A stretch of DNA of 64,000 bases, taken from positions 30,061 through 94,060 of the forward strand of contig CAWKCK010000012.1 in assembly GCA_963848135.1 (NCBI GenBank), given 5' to 3'. The notes beneath the pieces were generated by a model. That model saw only the letters and a list, made by a program, of their open reading frames with translations, ran no database searches and was not told the DNA's origin. Below, one piece after another: positions 31,439 through 43,149 of the stretch. Both the position numbers and the translations under genes were made by a program. This DNA is from an uncultured delta proteobacterium (GTDB taxonomy: Bacteria; Desulfobacterota; Desulfobacteria; Desulfobacterales; SG8-13). The first letter of the stretch is position 1, and the number at the start of each line of letters is the position of its first letter.

Positions 31439-32408
31439 GTGCCGATACTACTCAAATTTGGAGACTTGAAATCGATGTTGACACCCGATGCCGGCTTAAG
31501 AAAATTTATCGATCAAGGGGCCAAAGCCGATATTAATCGCTGCTGGACTTGCGGTTCTTGTGATTTCGAATGTCCGGTCAATATAGCTACTGGCAAACTG
31601 CGGCCTCAGAAACTGGTGCGGATGGCGAATTTCGGTATGATTGAGGAGTTGCTCCACGAACCTGCCACCTGGTATTGCCAGAGCTGTCGGCGGTGCCGTC
31701 AGATTTGCCCCAACACTGTACAGCCTTCAGAGCTCATTTCCCACATACGCCGGATCGCATTGGAAAGAAACCTGATCTCCATCGAGAGGTATCGTTCTTA
31801 CAGAATGCTGTTCGAGCGTTTCCAACGGGTTCGAAATCATATTGTTGGCAGCGTGCTCCGAGGAGAGTTGAATTCGATTTCTGATCGGCAATGGTGCCAT
31901 TGGCCGCTTACGCCAATTAAGAAATCTCGAGCAAAAAATACCTAAGAACTATTCGATCAGCCGTTTCAAAGACATAGATCCAGCAAGAGCGATGGCGTGC
32001 TTTACATGCGGTGAATGCAGCAGTGCTTGCCCGGCTGCATGCGAAAGAAGCGTGTTCGATCCGCGCACCTTGTTTCGAATGTTCAACCTGGGCTTGATAG
32101 ATGAATTGCTAAATGATCCGGCCATCTGGTTGTGCCTTGACTGCGGGCGATGTACCGATGCCTGCAGCCAGATGGTTGATGGACGTGAAATCATTCGTCG
32201 GCTGAAAGAACATGCCGTCCAAAAAGGAATTGTCGATCGCACTTTCTTCGTGCGCCTGGAGCAGGCCAACCGGCTAGCCTATACCCGCTGGATCGAAGAG
32301 GTGGATGCTCTCTTCGATTTCGACAGTGACGTGACGCGAGTCAATAGAGCCGGAATGAACGATTTTTCAATATGCTGCGCTGAATATTCAGAGGCGATGT
32401 CTGCCTGA
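31439..32408 (+). CDS. Tandem HdrC-like double dicluster Fe-S protein (probably one gene, frameshift near 31940)
   Basis: CWTCGSCDFECP/WYCQSCRRCRQICP then CFTCGECSSACP/WLCLDCGRCTDAC; GGAGG before GTG 31439. Confidence 0.8.
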
Positions 32409-32513
32409 CCATCAGGGCGATTCTGTTATGCTCAAGAGTTTTTTTACCCTAAATGATCGTAAACAAATCGTGATAGGTTTTTATATGTCTGAAAATGAAA
32501 ATGGAGTTCTGAA

Positions 32514-33725
32514 TTGAGGAATGGTTTTATAGGGTTGCAGGAGGCCCTCGAGCGTACGTTCAACCGCATGCCCGAACCGACCAAAACACTTGTTTCACTC
32601 ATGGAGTGTACCGGGCTGGTGACGGCCAGTGATGCGGTGTCCGAAGTCGATTCGCCTTCGGCGAACGTTTCCATGAAGGACGGCTATGCCATCCGGGTGG
32701 CCGATACCCGCGATGCAACAGATAAGACACCCGTGGATCTCGTCCTTTGCGGCATGCTGGCGGCAGGGGAGGCAACTGAAATAGCGGTGCAACCCGGAAC
32801 AACCGTGAGGATCCTCACCGGCGCCCAGATTCCGGAAGGTGCCGACACGGTCATAGCCGAAGAATTCGTTACTATTTCTGGCAGTAGTATACGTATTACA
32901 GAACCTGAATTCGTCGGCCGAAACATTCTTCCAATGGGCAGCGATGTTGTCCGAGGAGATCTCGTCGTATCCGCGGGGACATCTCTTACCCCTGGGAGGA
33001 TCGGTTTGCTCGCGGCCGGAGGGATTGCAAACCTTCATGTGTTTTATCCGCCGACAGTGGCCCTTATTGCTTCGGGAGATGAAATCATGTTGCCCGGAAG
33101 CGTTCCCTGCGACGGGAAAATATATGCGAGCAACTTGTTGACGTTAAATGGCTGGTGCCACCGCTACGGGTTGATTTCCGAAGTGTTTCATGTACCCGAT
33201 GATATAAACCAACTCGAGAAAACCATAAAGCGTGCGATAGAGGGAAACGACGCCCTGGTCACCAGCGGTGGAGCGTGGACTGGAGACCGGGATCTCATGG
33301 TCCGGGTTCTGGACAATTTGGGGTGGGAAAAATCGTACCATCACGTTCGGCTTGGACCGGGTAAAGCGGTCGGATTTGGGTTGTTGAATGGCAAACCCGT
33401 GTTCATATTGCCGGGAGGACCGCCGTCCAATCTGGTAGCCTTTCTTCAGATCGTTCTGCCGGCCCTGCGGAAACTCTGTGGCCACCCTGATGTGTATCTT
33501 CCCAGAGTTCAAGCTCAATTGGACCAAACGATCGAGGGGCAAGCGGACTGGACCCAGGCGATTTTCGGATGCTTGAATCGGAAAGATGGTCAAAGTATAT
33601 TCTCTCCGACGGAAGATATCAGCCGCTTGAAAAACATTGCCGCCGCCGAGGCGCTTTTATTGATACCGGAAGGCGTTAGCCGCTATGAAGACGGTGCGAC
33701 GGTAGGTGTCCAACTGTTGAAATGA
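32514..33725 (+). CDS. moeA: Molybdopterin molybdotransferase
   Basis: SMKDGYA, RILTGAQIPEGAD, ASGDE, TSGG, PGKAVGFG, LPGGP. Confidence 0.93.
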   Translation: MRNGFIGLQEALERTFNRMPEPTKTLVSLMECTGLVTASDAVSEVDSPSANVSMKDGYAIRVADTRDATDKTPVDLVLCGMLAAGEATEIAVQPGTTVRILTGAQIPEGADTVIAEEFVTISGSSIRITEPEFVGRNILPMGSDVVRGDLVVSAGTSLTPGRIGLLAAGGIANLHVFYPPTVALIASGDEIMLPGSVPCDGKIYASNLLTLNGWCHRYGLISEVFHVPDDINQLEKTIKRAIEGNDALVTSGGAWTGDRDLMVRVLDNLGWEKSYHHVRLGPGKAVGFGLLNGKPVFILPGGPPSNLVAFLQIVLPALRKLCGHPDVYLPRVQAQLDQTIEGQADWTQAIFGCLNRKDGQSIFSPTEDISRLKNIAAAEALLLIPEGVSRYEDGATVGVQLLK

Positions 33726-33790
33726 TGCTGGGCGGCGGATTCGATCCGGCGTTACACTCTTAAATAATCTACCGGTTCGAGGCCTTTTTT

Positions 33791-34021
33791 ATGCAAACCA
33801 CCTGTGCGGGAATCATACTTTCCGGTGGGTTGAACAGCCGCATGGGCGGACGCAACAGGGCCTTCCTCGAGCTCGGCGGGCGATCGTTTTTTGACCGGAT
33901 CTTGAGCGTCCTGGAAGAGTGTTTCGATCAGCTCCTATTGGTAACCAAACAACCGCAATTATACGCCAACCAACCCATAAGGATCGTAGAGGATATTTTT
34001 AATCGCTTTTACAATATTTAA
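33791..34021 (+). pseudogene. mobA: Truncated molybdenum cofactor guanylyltransferase
   Basis: GIILSGGLNSRMGGRNRAFL; ends at VEDIF, before the GPLxG motif (76 aa). Confidence 0.85.
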
Positions 34022-34265
34022 AGACGGCAATCCGTCACTTGTTGATACAATACTATCGACTTTTTCCTGTCCTTTTTCTATTATACCCAACTCTATCTTG
34101 AAGGCGACAGATGCCCTGGTATTGCTTTCGTTCTGTCCGGGGAAATACGTGTTTACAAAATCGGTGAAACCGTTCGGGGAATCACACTGAATGAAATTTA
34201 TCCCGGCGAAACTTGCATTCTCAACACCGCTTGTATCCTCAGCACCATCAGTTTTCCGGTGAAAT
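34022..34265 (+). pseudogene. Crp/Fnr-family regulator remnant (cNMP-binding domain)
   Basis: 34091-34261 reads LYLEGDRCPGIAFVLSGEIRVYKIGETVRGITLNEIYPGETCILN; no start codon, no HTH. Confidence 0.75.
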
Positions 34266-34408
34266 GCCCTGTCCCCCCCCCACGAAACTCACTCTAATAC
34301 CGTAATGTCATTTATTATCGAGAGACGCCTGTTTGACACAAACCCCTTGCGTGCAGGTGCGGGGCATGCGAAACTCAAATTAGCATCGATCAAGGGGAGG
34401 AACCCACC

Positions 34409-35521
34409 ATGGCAGCATACGACATTGCCATCATCGGGGCGGGCCCTGGCGGGTTGGCCTGTGCTTTGAAAGCTGTTGAATTCGGTCTTAGCTATATTCT
34501 TTTGGAAAAAGGCCCCAGGGTATTCCAGGGAATCATCGATTCATACCCCCGGGGAAAGAAAGTATACCCGACTATTCCTAAGGGAGAATCCGGTCCATTT
34601 CCTGTCGAAGAACTCACGCCGGATGGAACCAATAGACCGGTTGAGGAATACGTTGCAAAGATCGAGGCGTGCATCAAAAAGCACAGGATCGACATCCGCC
34701 TTGGAGAAGAGTTCACCACAATTTCAAAAAGTCAAGGTGGTTATACCGTTGTTACCCAGGAGAATCAGTACCTGGCCGCCCACGTTATACTGGCCTTCGG
34801 CAGCAATATTCCGGTGGATCTCGGGGTATACGGTGAGGCCAAAACGGTTGCCAGGAAATTGGACAATCCGGATGATCACCTCGGGGCACCCACCCTCGTC
34901 TTGGGGGGCGGCAATGCCGCCGCAGACGTCGTTTCGACCCTCTCGAAGGCCAAACGCTCCGCAGAAGATTTCACCCCGGTTTACTGGGGCAACCGTGCGG
35001 AAAATTTCAAGATAAACAAGGATGTGGCACGGGATCTGGGGGAAGAGATCCTGCTGGGGGGAAACATCAAGATTCTGCAGGGGGCTATTCCCAAGATCGG
35101 CGAGGTGGATGACGAGGGCGTGGATCGGCTGATTATTCAGACCCAGGAATTGCCTCTTGGCGGTGGTGTCGAACTGCAGCAGGGAATGAGTTTTCCCATG
35201 AAGCACGTAATCGCCTGCATCGGCACCCAGGGGCCTTCGCCGGTTTACGACCGACTCGGACTACAGCAAATCACCTGCACCGAGGGGGTTTGTCGAATCG
35301 GTAAGACCGGTGATCGCCTGATCATGTTGACCACTGACTTTCAGACCAGCATCAAAGGCATTTACGCCATCGGTGGCGCCATCAGCCCGGCCTACATCGA
35401 AATCCAGGAAGAGGGCAATTTCAAAGAAAGGAAACATTCCAACTTAATTTTCACGGCCGTCCGGGATGCCGTGACAGCTGTAAAGCACATCGCTGCCGCC
35501 AATGTTCAAATAAAGAAGTAA
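34409..35521 (+). CDS. NAD(P)/FAD-dependent oxidoreductase (TrxB/YpdA-like, no CxxC)
   Basis: IIGAGPGGLA, VLGGGNAAAD, TSIKGIYAIG; GGGGAGG RBS. Confidence 0.85.
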   Translation: MAAYDIAIIGAGPGGLACALKAVEFGLSYILLEKGPRVFQGIIDSYPRGKKVYPTIPKGESGPFPVEELTPDGTNRPVEEYVAKIEACIKKHRIDIRLGEEFTTISKSQGGYTVVTQENQYLAAHVILAFGSNIPVDLGVYGEAKTVARKLDNPDDHLGAPTLVLGGGNAAADVVSTLSKAKRSAEDFTPVYWGNRAENFKINKDVARDLGEEILLGGNIKILQGAIPKIGEVDDEGVDRLIIQTQELPLGGGVELQQGMSFPMKHVIACIGTQGPSPVYDRLGLQQITCTEGVCRIGKTGDRLIMLTTDFQTSIKGIYAIGGAISPAYIEIQEEGNFKERKHSNLIFTAVRDAVTAVKHIAAANVQIKK

Positions 35522-35584
35522 AACGCTACTTTTATGGTTCATCACCTTATAGGTAAACCTTTTTTTATATAAAGGATTAGACCA

Positions 35585-36301
35585 ATGTCATTCAGTTTCA
35601 AAAAAATCAGTCTGCTTTTGTTGCTGGTTTTAATATCTGATATCCCCTGCAGTGCCAGTGATAAGAAAAAGGATGATATAATAAAAGTAATTACTGAATT
35701 TACTTATAGACTGGGAGATGAAGATTCAAAGGAAAAATCAAGAGCTCTGGCCTTGTTTGGTGCGAAATTCAAGGCTGTCAATTTGGCCGCCAAATATCTT
35801 ACGCATAAAGGTTTGTTGGAGCATTACGAAAATAAACAGAACGAAATATTCTGTCTCACCACAAATGAGATAAAAGTATCGATAATTGATGAATATTTTA
35901 AAAAAAAGATCGATTCATATTATGTCAAAATAAATTCTGAAGTAACAAGCGTAGACTTCATTAAGGCTCAGAATAAAAACTTGGAGTTCGAAAAAAAAGA
36001 ATCAAGTTTTTCATACAGTGAAGAAATGGAGCAGCCTGTTCTGGCTGTCATCGCTCCAGCAGAAGAATTGTCAAGGGCTTACCGATATATCGGCGATAAG
36101 CAATGGCGAATTTCTATTATTTACTTAGATCATCTTGAAAAAAAATATCCAAACTGGGGCGATGTCTTTCTGGCAAAAGCAATAGCCTTCTATGGCATGG
36201 ATGCGATTAGCAGAATGACCAAAGCGCTTAAGAACGCATGTTTATTGGACAATCAGGAAGCGTGCAATGAATTGCAAAGTTTTTCATCAAACTCGCCATA
36301 A
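35585..36301 (+). CDS. Exported hypothetical protein with C-terminal TPR-like helices
   Basis: Signal peptide; YPNWGDVFLAKAIAFY...ACLLDNQEAC; AT-rich. Confidence 0.7.
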   Translation: MSFSFKKISLLLLLVLISDIPCSASDKKKDDIIKVITEFTYRLGDEDSKEKSRALALFGAKFKAVNLAAKYLTHKGLLEHYENKQNEIFCLTTNEIKVSIIDEYFKKKIDSYYVKINSEVTSVDFIKAQNKNLEFEKKESSFSYSEEMEQPVLAVIAPAEELSRAYRYIGDKQWRISIIYLDHLEKKYPNWGDVFLAKAIAFYGMDAISRMTKALKNACLLDNQEACNELQSFSSNSP

Positions 36302-36598
36302 AATAAATAAGTTAAGCTGTTTTTCTGACAATTTTAAGGCTTCGTAAGCCCGCCAATCACGGTGGTTTATCAAATAGGTAAACGTTGGGTATTCTTGGTT
36401 CTCACACCGGGGGTATTCTTCAAGATACTCTTTTCACCCTCATGAATGTCTTGAGGTTTCGTTGAGCCAAAACTATTCGTTTAACCTCCGGCAACACATG
36501 CCATAGACTTCAGCCTGATCACTCTGCAAATGACATTCGGGCAACATATTTTAATAACCGAAAAGTTAGGCAGGGGTTCCTTCCAATTATCGTTCACC

Positions 36599-36790
36599 AA
36601 GGAATCATGGAAAACCGTAATTTGATACTTTTATCCTAATTTGAGCGATTGTCGAGGTTGCTGCAGGTACAAGGAAGATGTCATTCCGCTATAGTCAGCT
36701 ATGCGGGAGGGCATATGACGCCTTAGATGCGGCAAGATCGGCAATCCAGATGGGTTTCAAATTTTAAAATCTAACTCTGATAGAATTCCT
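36599..36790. repeat. REP/MITE-like intergenic palindrome
   Basis: GATTGTCGA/TCGGCAATC and TTGCTGCA/TGCGGCAA inverted arms around a central ATAGTCAGCTAT. Confidence 0.5.
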
Positions 36791-36931
36791 TATAAATAAA
36801 GCCGTTCCCCCTCCATTTAAAATTTGAAACGCTCACTTTAGGTTTATAGCACTTGCACATAAACGGGGACTGCGGTTTAAATAGTCATTATAGCAATATT
36901 TTAACAACCTCTTTCATACCGGAAGCCAAAT

Positions 36932-37576
36932 ATGTCCATAATTTCTTTGTACGAAACGATTCTGGTTGCAACAACTGCCGTCGTTATCATCGTCTACCAC
37001 ACGCATCTGTATATCACTTATCGCCGGAACCCCCTGACCACGGCCATCGGCATTACGAATCACGCGCGGCAGATGTGGGTTAATGGCGTCATGAAAGACA
37101 AACGCGACATCCTGGCGGTCCAGACGCTGCGCAATCAGGTGATGGCTGCTACCTTTTTAGCGTCTACCGCGCTTCTTATCTGTCTTGGCTCGTTCAGCGC
37201 CGCTTTTCGGCCGGGTGTCTTCAGCGAAGTTTCGCATGCGCTCAATCTGCTTGGAACAAAAACCGAAACATTGTGGATGTTCAAACTAATGCTGCTGGGC
37301 ATATTGTTTTTTGCCACTTTCTTTAATTTTACCCTGGCTATCCGTTACTACAATCACGTCGGATTCATGATCAACACGTTTCAACTTAATGATTCTACCG
37401 TTTCCGCGGCGGCTGTTACCGAGGTTATCAATCACGTCGCGCTGCATTACACCATCGGCATGCGCGGGTTCTACCTGTCAGTGCCACTGGCGTTGTGGCT
37501 GTTCGGTCCGATCTGGTTGCTGGTCAGCAGCCTGGTTTTGGTTGCCGTCTTATATCGCCTGGATCGAGAAGCCTAA
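36932..37576 (+). CDS. DUF599-family membrane protein
   Basis: ILAVQTLRN, GMRGFYLSVPLALWLFGP, LYRLD. Confidence 0.88.
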   Translation: MSIISLYETILVATTAVVIIVYHTHLYITYRRNPLTTAIGITNHARQMWVNGVMKDKRDILAVQTLRNQVMAATFLASTALLICLGSFSAAFRPGVFSEVSHALNLLGTKTETLWMFKLMLLGILFFATFFNFTLAIRYYNHVGFMINTFQLNDSTVSAAAVTEVINHVALHYTIGMRGFYLSVPLALWLFGPIWLLVSSLVLVAVLYRLDREA

Positions 37577-37586
37577 AGACGGCTTA

Positions 37587-39028
37587 GCTCAAGTGCCAAG
37601 ACATCGATGACCCAAAAGTGCCAGGACATCGATGACCTTAAGGGTCAATTTGTGCCAAGACATCGATGACCCTATTCGTTTCAATTTGTATCTGATACCC
37701 TTTTGTTTAACTAACAACAAGGAGGGTATCAGATGGAACAAGATCTTCGTAAAAAAGCTATCAACCTCTATCTGAAAGGAGAAACTCCAAAATCCATATA
37801 TTCGGAGCTTAATCGCTCAAAAAATTGGTTCTTCAAGTGGCTGAAGCGTTATCAAACCGGTGATCCGGACTGGTACAAGGACAAGTCCAGAGCACCCAAA
37901 AGACAACCACAGCGATCAGCGAAATTGACAGACAGCGGATCATTTCTGTTCGAACGCGCCTTGATTCGCAGAAATTTGCTCAGATCGGTGTTTCAGCAAT
38001 CAAGTGGGAACTTTCGAAGTCAGGTTTTGGATTTCCATCCGACCGTACGATTAATCGAGTCCTAAAAAGAGAAGGACTGGTTAAAAAAAACTTCGTACAT
38101 TCCCAAAGGTGTTGAATATCCGTATTTTAAAGAACCGCTCGACTACAACAATATTCACCAGGCCGATCTTGTCGGCCCAAGATACATAAAGAACGATGGC
38201 AAATTTTACTCATTCAATGTGATCGATCTGTTTAGCCATCAGGTTTACATCGAATCGCAAAGAACCAAACAGGATCGAACAGGTTGCCTCACAGTCTTTT
38301 AAGATGTTGGAAAGCCAGTTGGGACTTCCGGATTATTTGCAGTTCGACAATGAACTCAGCTTTCGGGGAAGCAACCGTTATCCCAGATCACCCTGGTCTG
38401 GTAATAAGGCTTTGTCTTTATTTTGGTGTTCAACCGGTCTTTATTCCGATTGGAGAACCCTGGCGAAACGGTGTTATTGAAAAGTTCAATGACACTTACA
38501 ATAAAAAATTCTTTCGGCGACAATGGTTTCCAAGTTATGCTCATTTAAAACGGCAAAGTAAAAATTTTCAGCGCTTTCACAACAAGCATCATCGATACAG
38601 CTATTTGAAAAGTAGAACACCGTTGGAAGTGTATCAAGAATACTGGGTTTAAGCCGGTAACCATTAGGAGCGAATACAAAACTGCCCGATCTTGATTAGC
38701 GTTCCGGATGGCAATATTATTCTCATCCGATTTATCCGAAGCGATCGAATACTCGATATATTCGGAGAGAAATTTAAAGTATCAAAGAGATTTGATCTAT
38801 TCATATGTAAAGGCAGTGATTGTTACTCGAGATTCACACATTACAATTATATCTTGGTGATGAATTCGTCGAATCTTTTGATTACTCGTTGATCACTGAA
38901 ATAAATTTTTAATCGACTTATGGAAAATTTGCTATAAATCCTTAAACATTAGCTTTAAACTTGGGGTGATCGATGTCCTGGCACTTTTTACCGTTAGACT
39001 TGGGTCATCGATGTATTGGAATTTAACA
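37587..39028 (+). mobile_element. IS481-like insertion sequence; transposase (about 37733-38890) frameshifted
   Basis: Three copies of GTGCCARGACATCGATGACC at the left end and two inverted copies at the right end, which terminates in ...TTTAACA; HTH (WFFKWLKRY) and rve core (HQADLVGP, PWRNGVIEKFN). Confidence 0.85.
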
Positions 39029-39106
39029 ACTAGCATATACGGAATGAATTCAGTGTTGGGAAAAATGATAGGCCCCAGTCCCAACTCTACCTTTTTTTAG
39101 CGCTGC

Positions 39107-40093
39107 CTAACGGTTGACCGCTTGCATGGCCGCCTCGGGGTAGCGCAAGCCTTTTGCGGCACCAAATGGTGCGGCCTTGTCGATTTGAGCCATGTCTTTT
39201 GGGCTGAGGTCCACCTGCAGGGCCTTGAGGTTGTCTTCCAGGTACGCTCGGTGTCTGGTGCCGGCGATGGGAACGATGTCTTCACCGCGGGCCAGGAGCC
39301 AGGCCAGGCTAAGTTGAGCCAAAGAACACGCTTTGGCGGAAGCGATTGCTTCGAGACGCCGGATGATGTTCCGATTGTGTTCAAGGGCGTCTTCCTGGAA
39401 ACGGGGGGAATGGCGACGATAATCGCTTTCTTCAAGGTCCCTCAGCGACTTGATCCGACCGGTCAGAAACCCCCTGCCCAACGGGCTGTAAGGCACGAAT
39501 CCGATCCCCAACTCGCGGCAGATGGCCAAGATTTCGGCCTCGACGTCACGGGTCCACAGGGAGTATTCGGTCTGCAGCGCACTGATCGGATGCACGGAGC
39601 AGGCACGCCGGATGGTACGGGGAGCCGCCTCCGACAACCCGAGAAAACGCACTTTGCCTTCCTTGACCAGATCGGCCATGGCGCCCACGGTCTCCTCGAT
39701 GGGTGTGTCGGGATCAACCCGATGCTGATAGTACAGGTCGATGACATCCACACCCAGGCGCTTCAAACTGGCTTCGCAGGCGGTTTTGACATAAGACGGT
39801 TTTCCATCGACCCTTTTGAAGCTGCCGTCTGATCCGCGCACATTACCGAATTTGGTCGCCAGCACCACCTTGTCCCGACGGTCCTTGATGGCACGGCCCA
39901 CCAGCGCTTCATTGCGGCCGAGACCGTACATGTCGGCGGTATCGAGAAAATTGATGCCGAGCGCCAGCGCATGGTGAATGGTGCGTATGGATTGTTCATC
40001 GTCGGTCGTGCCATAGAATTCGGACATCCCCATGCATCCCAATCCGATGGCCGAGACCGTCGGGCCCTGTTTGCCCAATTTTCTGAAATTCAT
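39107..40093 (-). CDS. Aldo/keto reductase
   Basis: [38 protein letters not shown]. Confidence 0.95.
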   Translation of the reverse strand: MNFRKLGKQGPTVSAIGLGCMGMSEFYGTTDDEQSIRTIHHALALGINFLDTADMYGLGRNEALVGRAIKDRRDKVVLATKFGNVRGSDGSFKRVDGKPSYVKTACEASLKRLGVDVIDLYYQHRVDPDTPIEETVGAMADLVKEGKVRFLGLSEAAPRTIRRACSVHPISALQTEYSLWTRDVEAEILAICRELGIGFVPYSPLGRGFLTGRIKSLRDLEESDYRRHSPRFQEDALEHNRNIIRRLEAIASAKACSLAQLSLAWLLARGEDIVPIAGTRHRAYLEDNLKALQVDLSPKDMAQIDKAAPFGAAKGLRYPEAAMQAVNR

Positions 40094-40280
40094 GACATGC
40101 CTCCTTATTCAAAGGGGTTGAAAGGCCTGTTTCAGGCTATTGTCTTGGCGTATACCCTGGGGTACACCCAATAATGGTCAGTGGGGTTCGGGCCGGGTCT
40201 TCAAAAACGGACGGCCCGCCCCAGGGTGGCTCCGCGGAGAAAATGAGATGAGACGTGAGCCGTTGCGGGTCCGGCTAACC

Positions 40281-40634
<354 letters not shown>

Positions 40635-40675
40635 TCATGGGTTAACCAACGCCCGGCCCCCTGGGACTTGCTTTT

Positions 40676-41524
40676 TTATTCGACTTTGTAAGTTACCGTA
40701 ATCATCCAGGCAGCATAATCCACATGGGATTTTTTGAGTTCCTGGACGACTCTCTCTTTGAATGTCCCTTCGATTATATTTGTTTGTCCCGGCCAAAGCT
40801 TGACCTTGACACGCAGGTAACGCCAGCTACCCCCCTTGACATCCTTGATCCCAAAGAACTCCGGTGTGGCCAGAATGATAGAACGGTGCTGGTCGTACAT
40901 ACCCTTTGCAATTGCCTGAATCGCTTGCAACATCTCCTTTTCATCGATTTCCTGCGGCAATTGAATGTCGACGTAAGCGCGGATGCAGCCACCGCGAAAC
41001 TGGCTAATGGTCGCAATATTTCTGTTGGGGATCATAATCCGCTGACCGTGCAAGTTAATCAGCACGGTGAATCTGAGCCCGATGCTATCGACCTTGCCGA
41101 TTTCATCACCCAGTTTAACAATTTCCCCGATATTGAGTGCATCCGAAAAAATCAGCGTGAGACCAATCACCAGATCCTGCACAAATCCCTGCAGACCAAA
41201 ACCGACAGCCAATCCGATAACAGTTGCACTGGCAAAATAGGTCGTCAGCGAAATTTTAAATTCGCGCAGAATCATACCGACAGCCACGAAATATATAGTA
41301 AAGGTCACGGCACTGACCAAGATGGTCGTGATGGTGGCAAGCCTGGGATATCTCCGGATCAGGAGCTCTTCTGATGTTTTTTTACTGTCCACCTTCATCG
41401 TCAACATATATTGGCTAAAGCGGCGGATGGCCTTGACGGCAAAGACAGCGACCACAGCCAAAACAATAACGAGAAGAACTCTCAAAATCGGGTTCATTTG
41501 ATTTAAGATTTCTATCAGCTTCAT
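40676..41524 (-). CDS. MscS-family mechanosensitive channel
   Basis: GLAVGFGLQGFVQDLVIG, GKVDSIGLRFT, IPNRNI. Confidence 0.9.
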   Translation of the reverse strand: MKLIEILNQMNPILRVLLVIVLAVVAVFAVKAIRRFSQYMLTMKVDSKKTSEELLIRRYPRLATITTILVSAVTFTIYFVAVGMILREFKISLTTYFASATVIGLAVGFGLQGFVQDLVIGLTLIFSDALNIGEIVKLGDEIGKVDSIGLRFTVLINLHGQRIMIPNRNIATISQFRGGCIRAYVDIQLPQEIDEKEMLQAIQAIAKGMYDQHRSIILATPEFFGIKDVKGGSWRYLRVKVKLWPGQTNIIEGTFKERVVQELKKSHVDYAAWMITVTYKVE

Positions 41525-41637
41525 TTTATTACCACCAATGAGATCGACCTTTTCTTCATTCGCGTAGGTCAATGTCTGCTCTGCAGCATCTCCCCTGCGC
41601 TGCTAATAGTATTTGGATAAATCAAGATTCCTTTTGA

Positions 41638-42159
41638 TTATGGAATGTTGCGACGCCCCCGTACGGGGCTTCCGCCGGTCATGATTTTGGCCTGAAAAAC
41701 CGTTCCGGCAATAACCAGGATGATAAACAAGATCATTTCAACCCGGGGATCGAATGCCACCATTTGCACGATTAGGCTGGCGCCGGTCAGTGTCGATAAA
41801 AAAATCAAGGCCCAGTCAAAAACAAAATACAGGACGCCTGCACCGATAATGCCACCGATAACATACGGCAGCCAGACCACCTGTGCGGGCAATCCGGCAA
41901 ACTGATCGAATAAGACCATCGCGATATATCCACCAGAGGCAAAACCGGCAATCAAGATGGCGGCCTTCTGAAAGAAGATCGCGATGAACGCACCCACCGC
42001 CCCGGCGGCGATAGCCAGAGTCAGGATCAGGACCGCAGAATGAATGCCCCCGATTTGCTGGACGTAATGGTAACCACTGGCAAAACCGACACAGGCCACA
42101 AAGAGCCAGAAAAGCCTGCGTCCGGCAAATAGCAGGACCAGGCCGATCAGAATGATCAT
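41638..42159 (-). CDS. DUF4203-like small membrane protein
   Basis: LLFAGRRLFWLFV; several Gly-rich TM helices; DWALIFLSTLTGA. Confidence 0.7.
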   Translation of the reverse strand: MIILIGLVLLFAGRRLFWLFVACVGFASGYHYVQQIGGIHSAVLILTLAIAAGAVGAFIAIFFQKAAILIAGFASGGYIAMVLFDQFAGLPAQVVWLPYVIGGIIGAGVLYFVFDWALIFLSTLTGASLIVQMVAFDPRVEMILFIILVIAGTVFQAKIMTGGSPVRGRRNIP

Positions 42160-42259
42160 CCAATGGAATTTTCCTTCTCGCCTTTAGATGCCGGCAATCA
42201 CCACCCATGGCAGTCGTGAAATTGTCTTGAGACCCAAAGGGTCACGGTTGTTTGCCCGC

Positions 42260-42978
42260 TTAAATATCCTTGCCTTTATCCCGTTGCCGCCCAAGTTCAG
42301 AAAGCAGATCGATTTGGATCTGCTGGATTTCAACCAGCCGCTCCCACTGGTGCGACAGCAAGTGGTCGATTTTGTCGTGCAGCTGCCGGATCTCCAGCTC
42401 GGCTTTCAAGTTTACGCGATAATCATGCTGCGACCGCAGGCGGTCTTTGGATTCCTGGCGGTTCTGGCTCATCATAATAACCGGGGCCTGAATGGCCGCC
42501 AGGCAGGATAAAACCAGGTTGAGCAAGATAAACGGATAGGGATCGAAGGGCCTCATGAGGAGAACGACCGAATTCAAGGCTATCCAAGCCAGAAGCAGCG
42601 CCCCGAAGATGATGAGAAATCTCCAGCTGCCGCCGAATGTGGCCAGTCCGTCGGCCATTTTTTCACCCAGGGTCAGGTCTTTATCAAACTCAGCATCGAC
42701 GTTGCTTGAAAGGGTTTCGTGTCGCTGAATGCTCTCCAGGACGTCATGGTCCAATGTCGTCAGTTCTCCTTTTTCCGATTCAAGCAAACAATATATTGCA
42801 TGCGGAATTTATTCAGATCACTGAGGCAAATATAGCCCTCCCGTTTCCAGTCCGGGTAAGTGGCTCTAATCTGTTCTGCCACGGCACTTCTGACAAGCGC
42901 TGAGGGCATCACCATCTATCTGGCTTTGGTTTTGCCGCAAATACTGCAGACCATGTTTTTTGTTTGCGATGATTTCAT
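42260..42978 (-). CDS. DUF1003-family membrane protein (frameshift near 42790)
   Basis: FGGSW, FDPYPFILLNL, QAPVIMMSQNRQ; N-terminus MKSSQTKNMVCSICGK is in another frame. Confidence 0.88.
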
Positions 42979-43149
42979 GACTGATTGTTAGCTCCTAATA
43001 ATGAAAAAGTTTCCCATGTTCTGCCTCTACTTCGGTAGAATCCAATTATAGTAATATTTCATGCGACTGTATCTATACGTTTGCGTTGCCCCTACCGTCG
43101 CTGATCTCCCCTGCGCCTAAAATATACGCAAGCGCCCCCGACGGCGCAG

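Noticed and set aside
37591-37672. Three near-identical 20-bp direct repeats resembling a mini CRISPR array
   Set aside because: Spacers are only about 5-14 bp, inverted copies flank the other side of a transposase, and there are no cas genes. These are IS end repeats.
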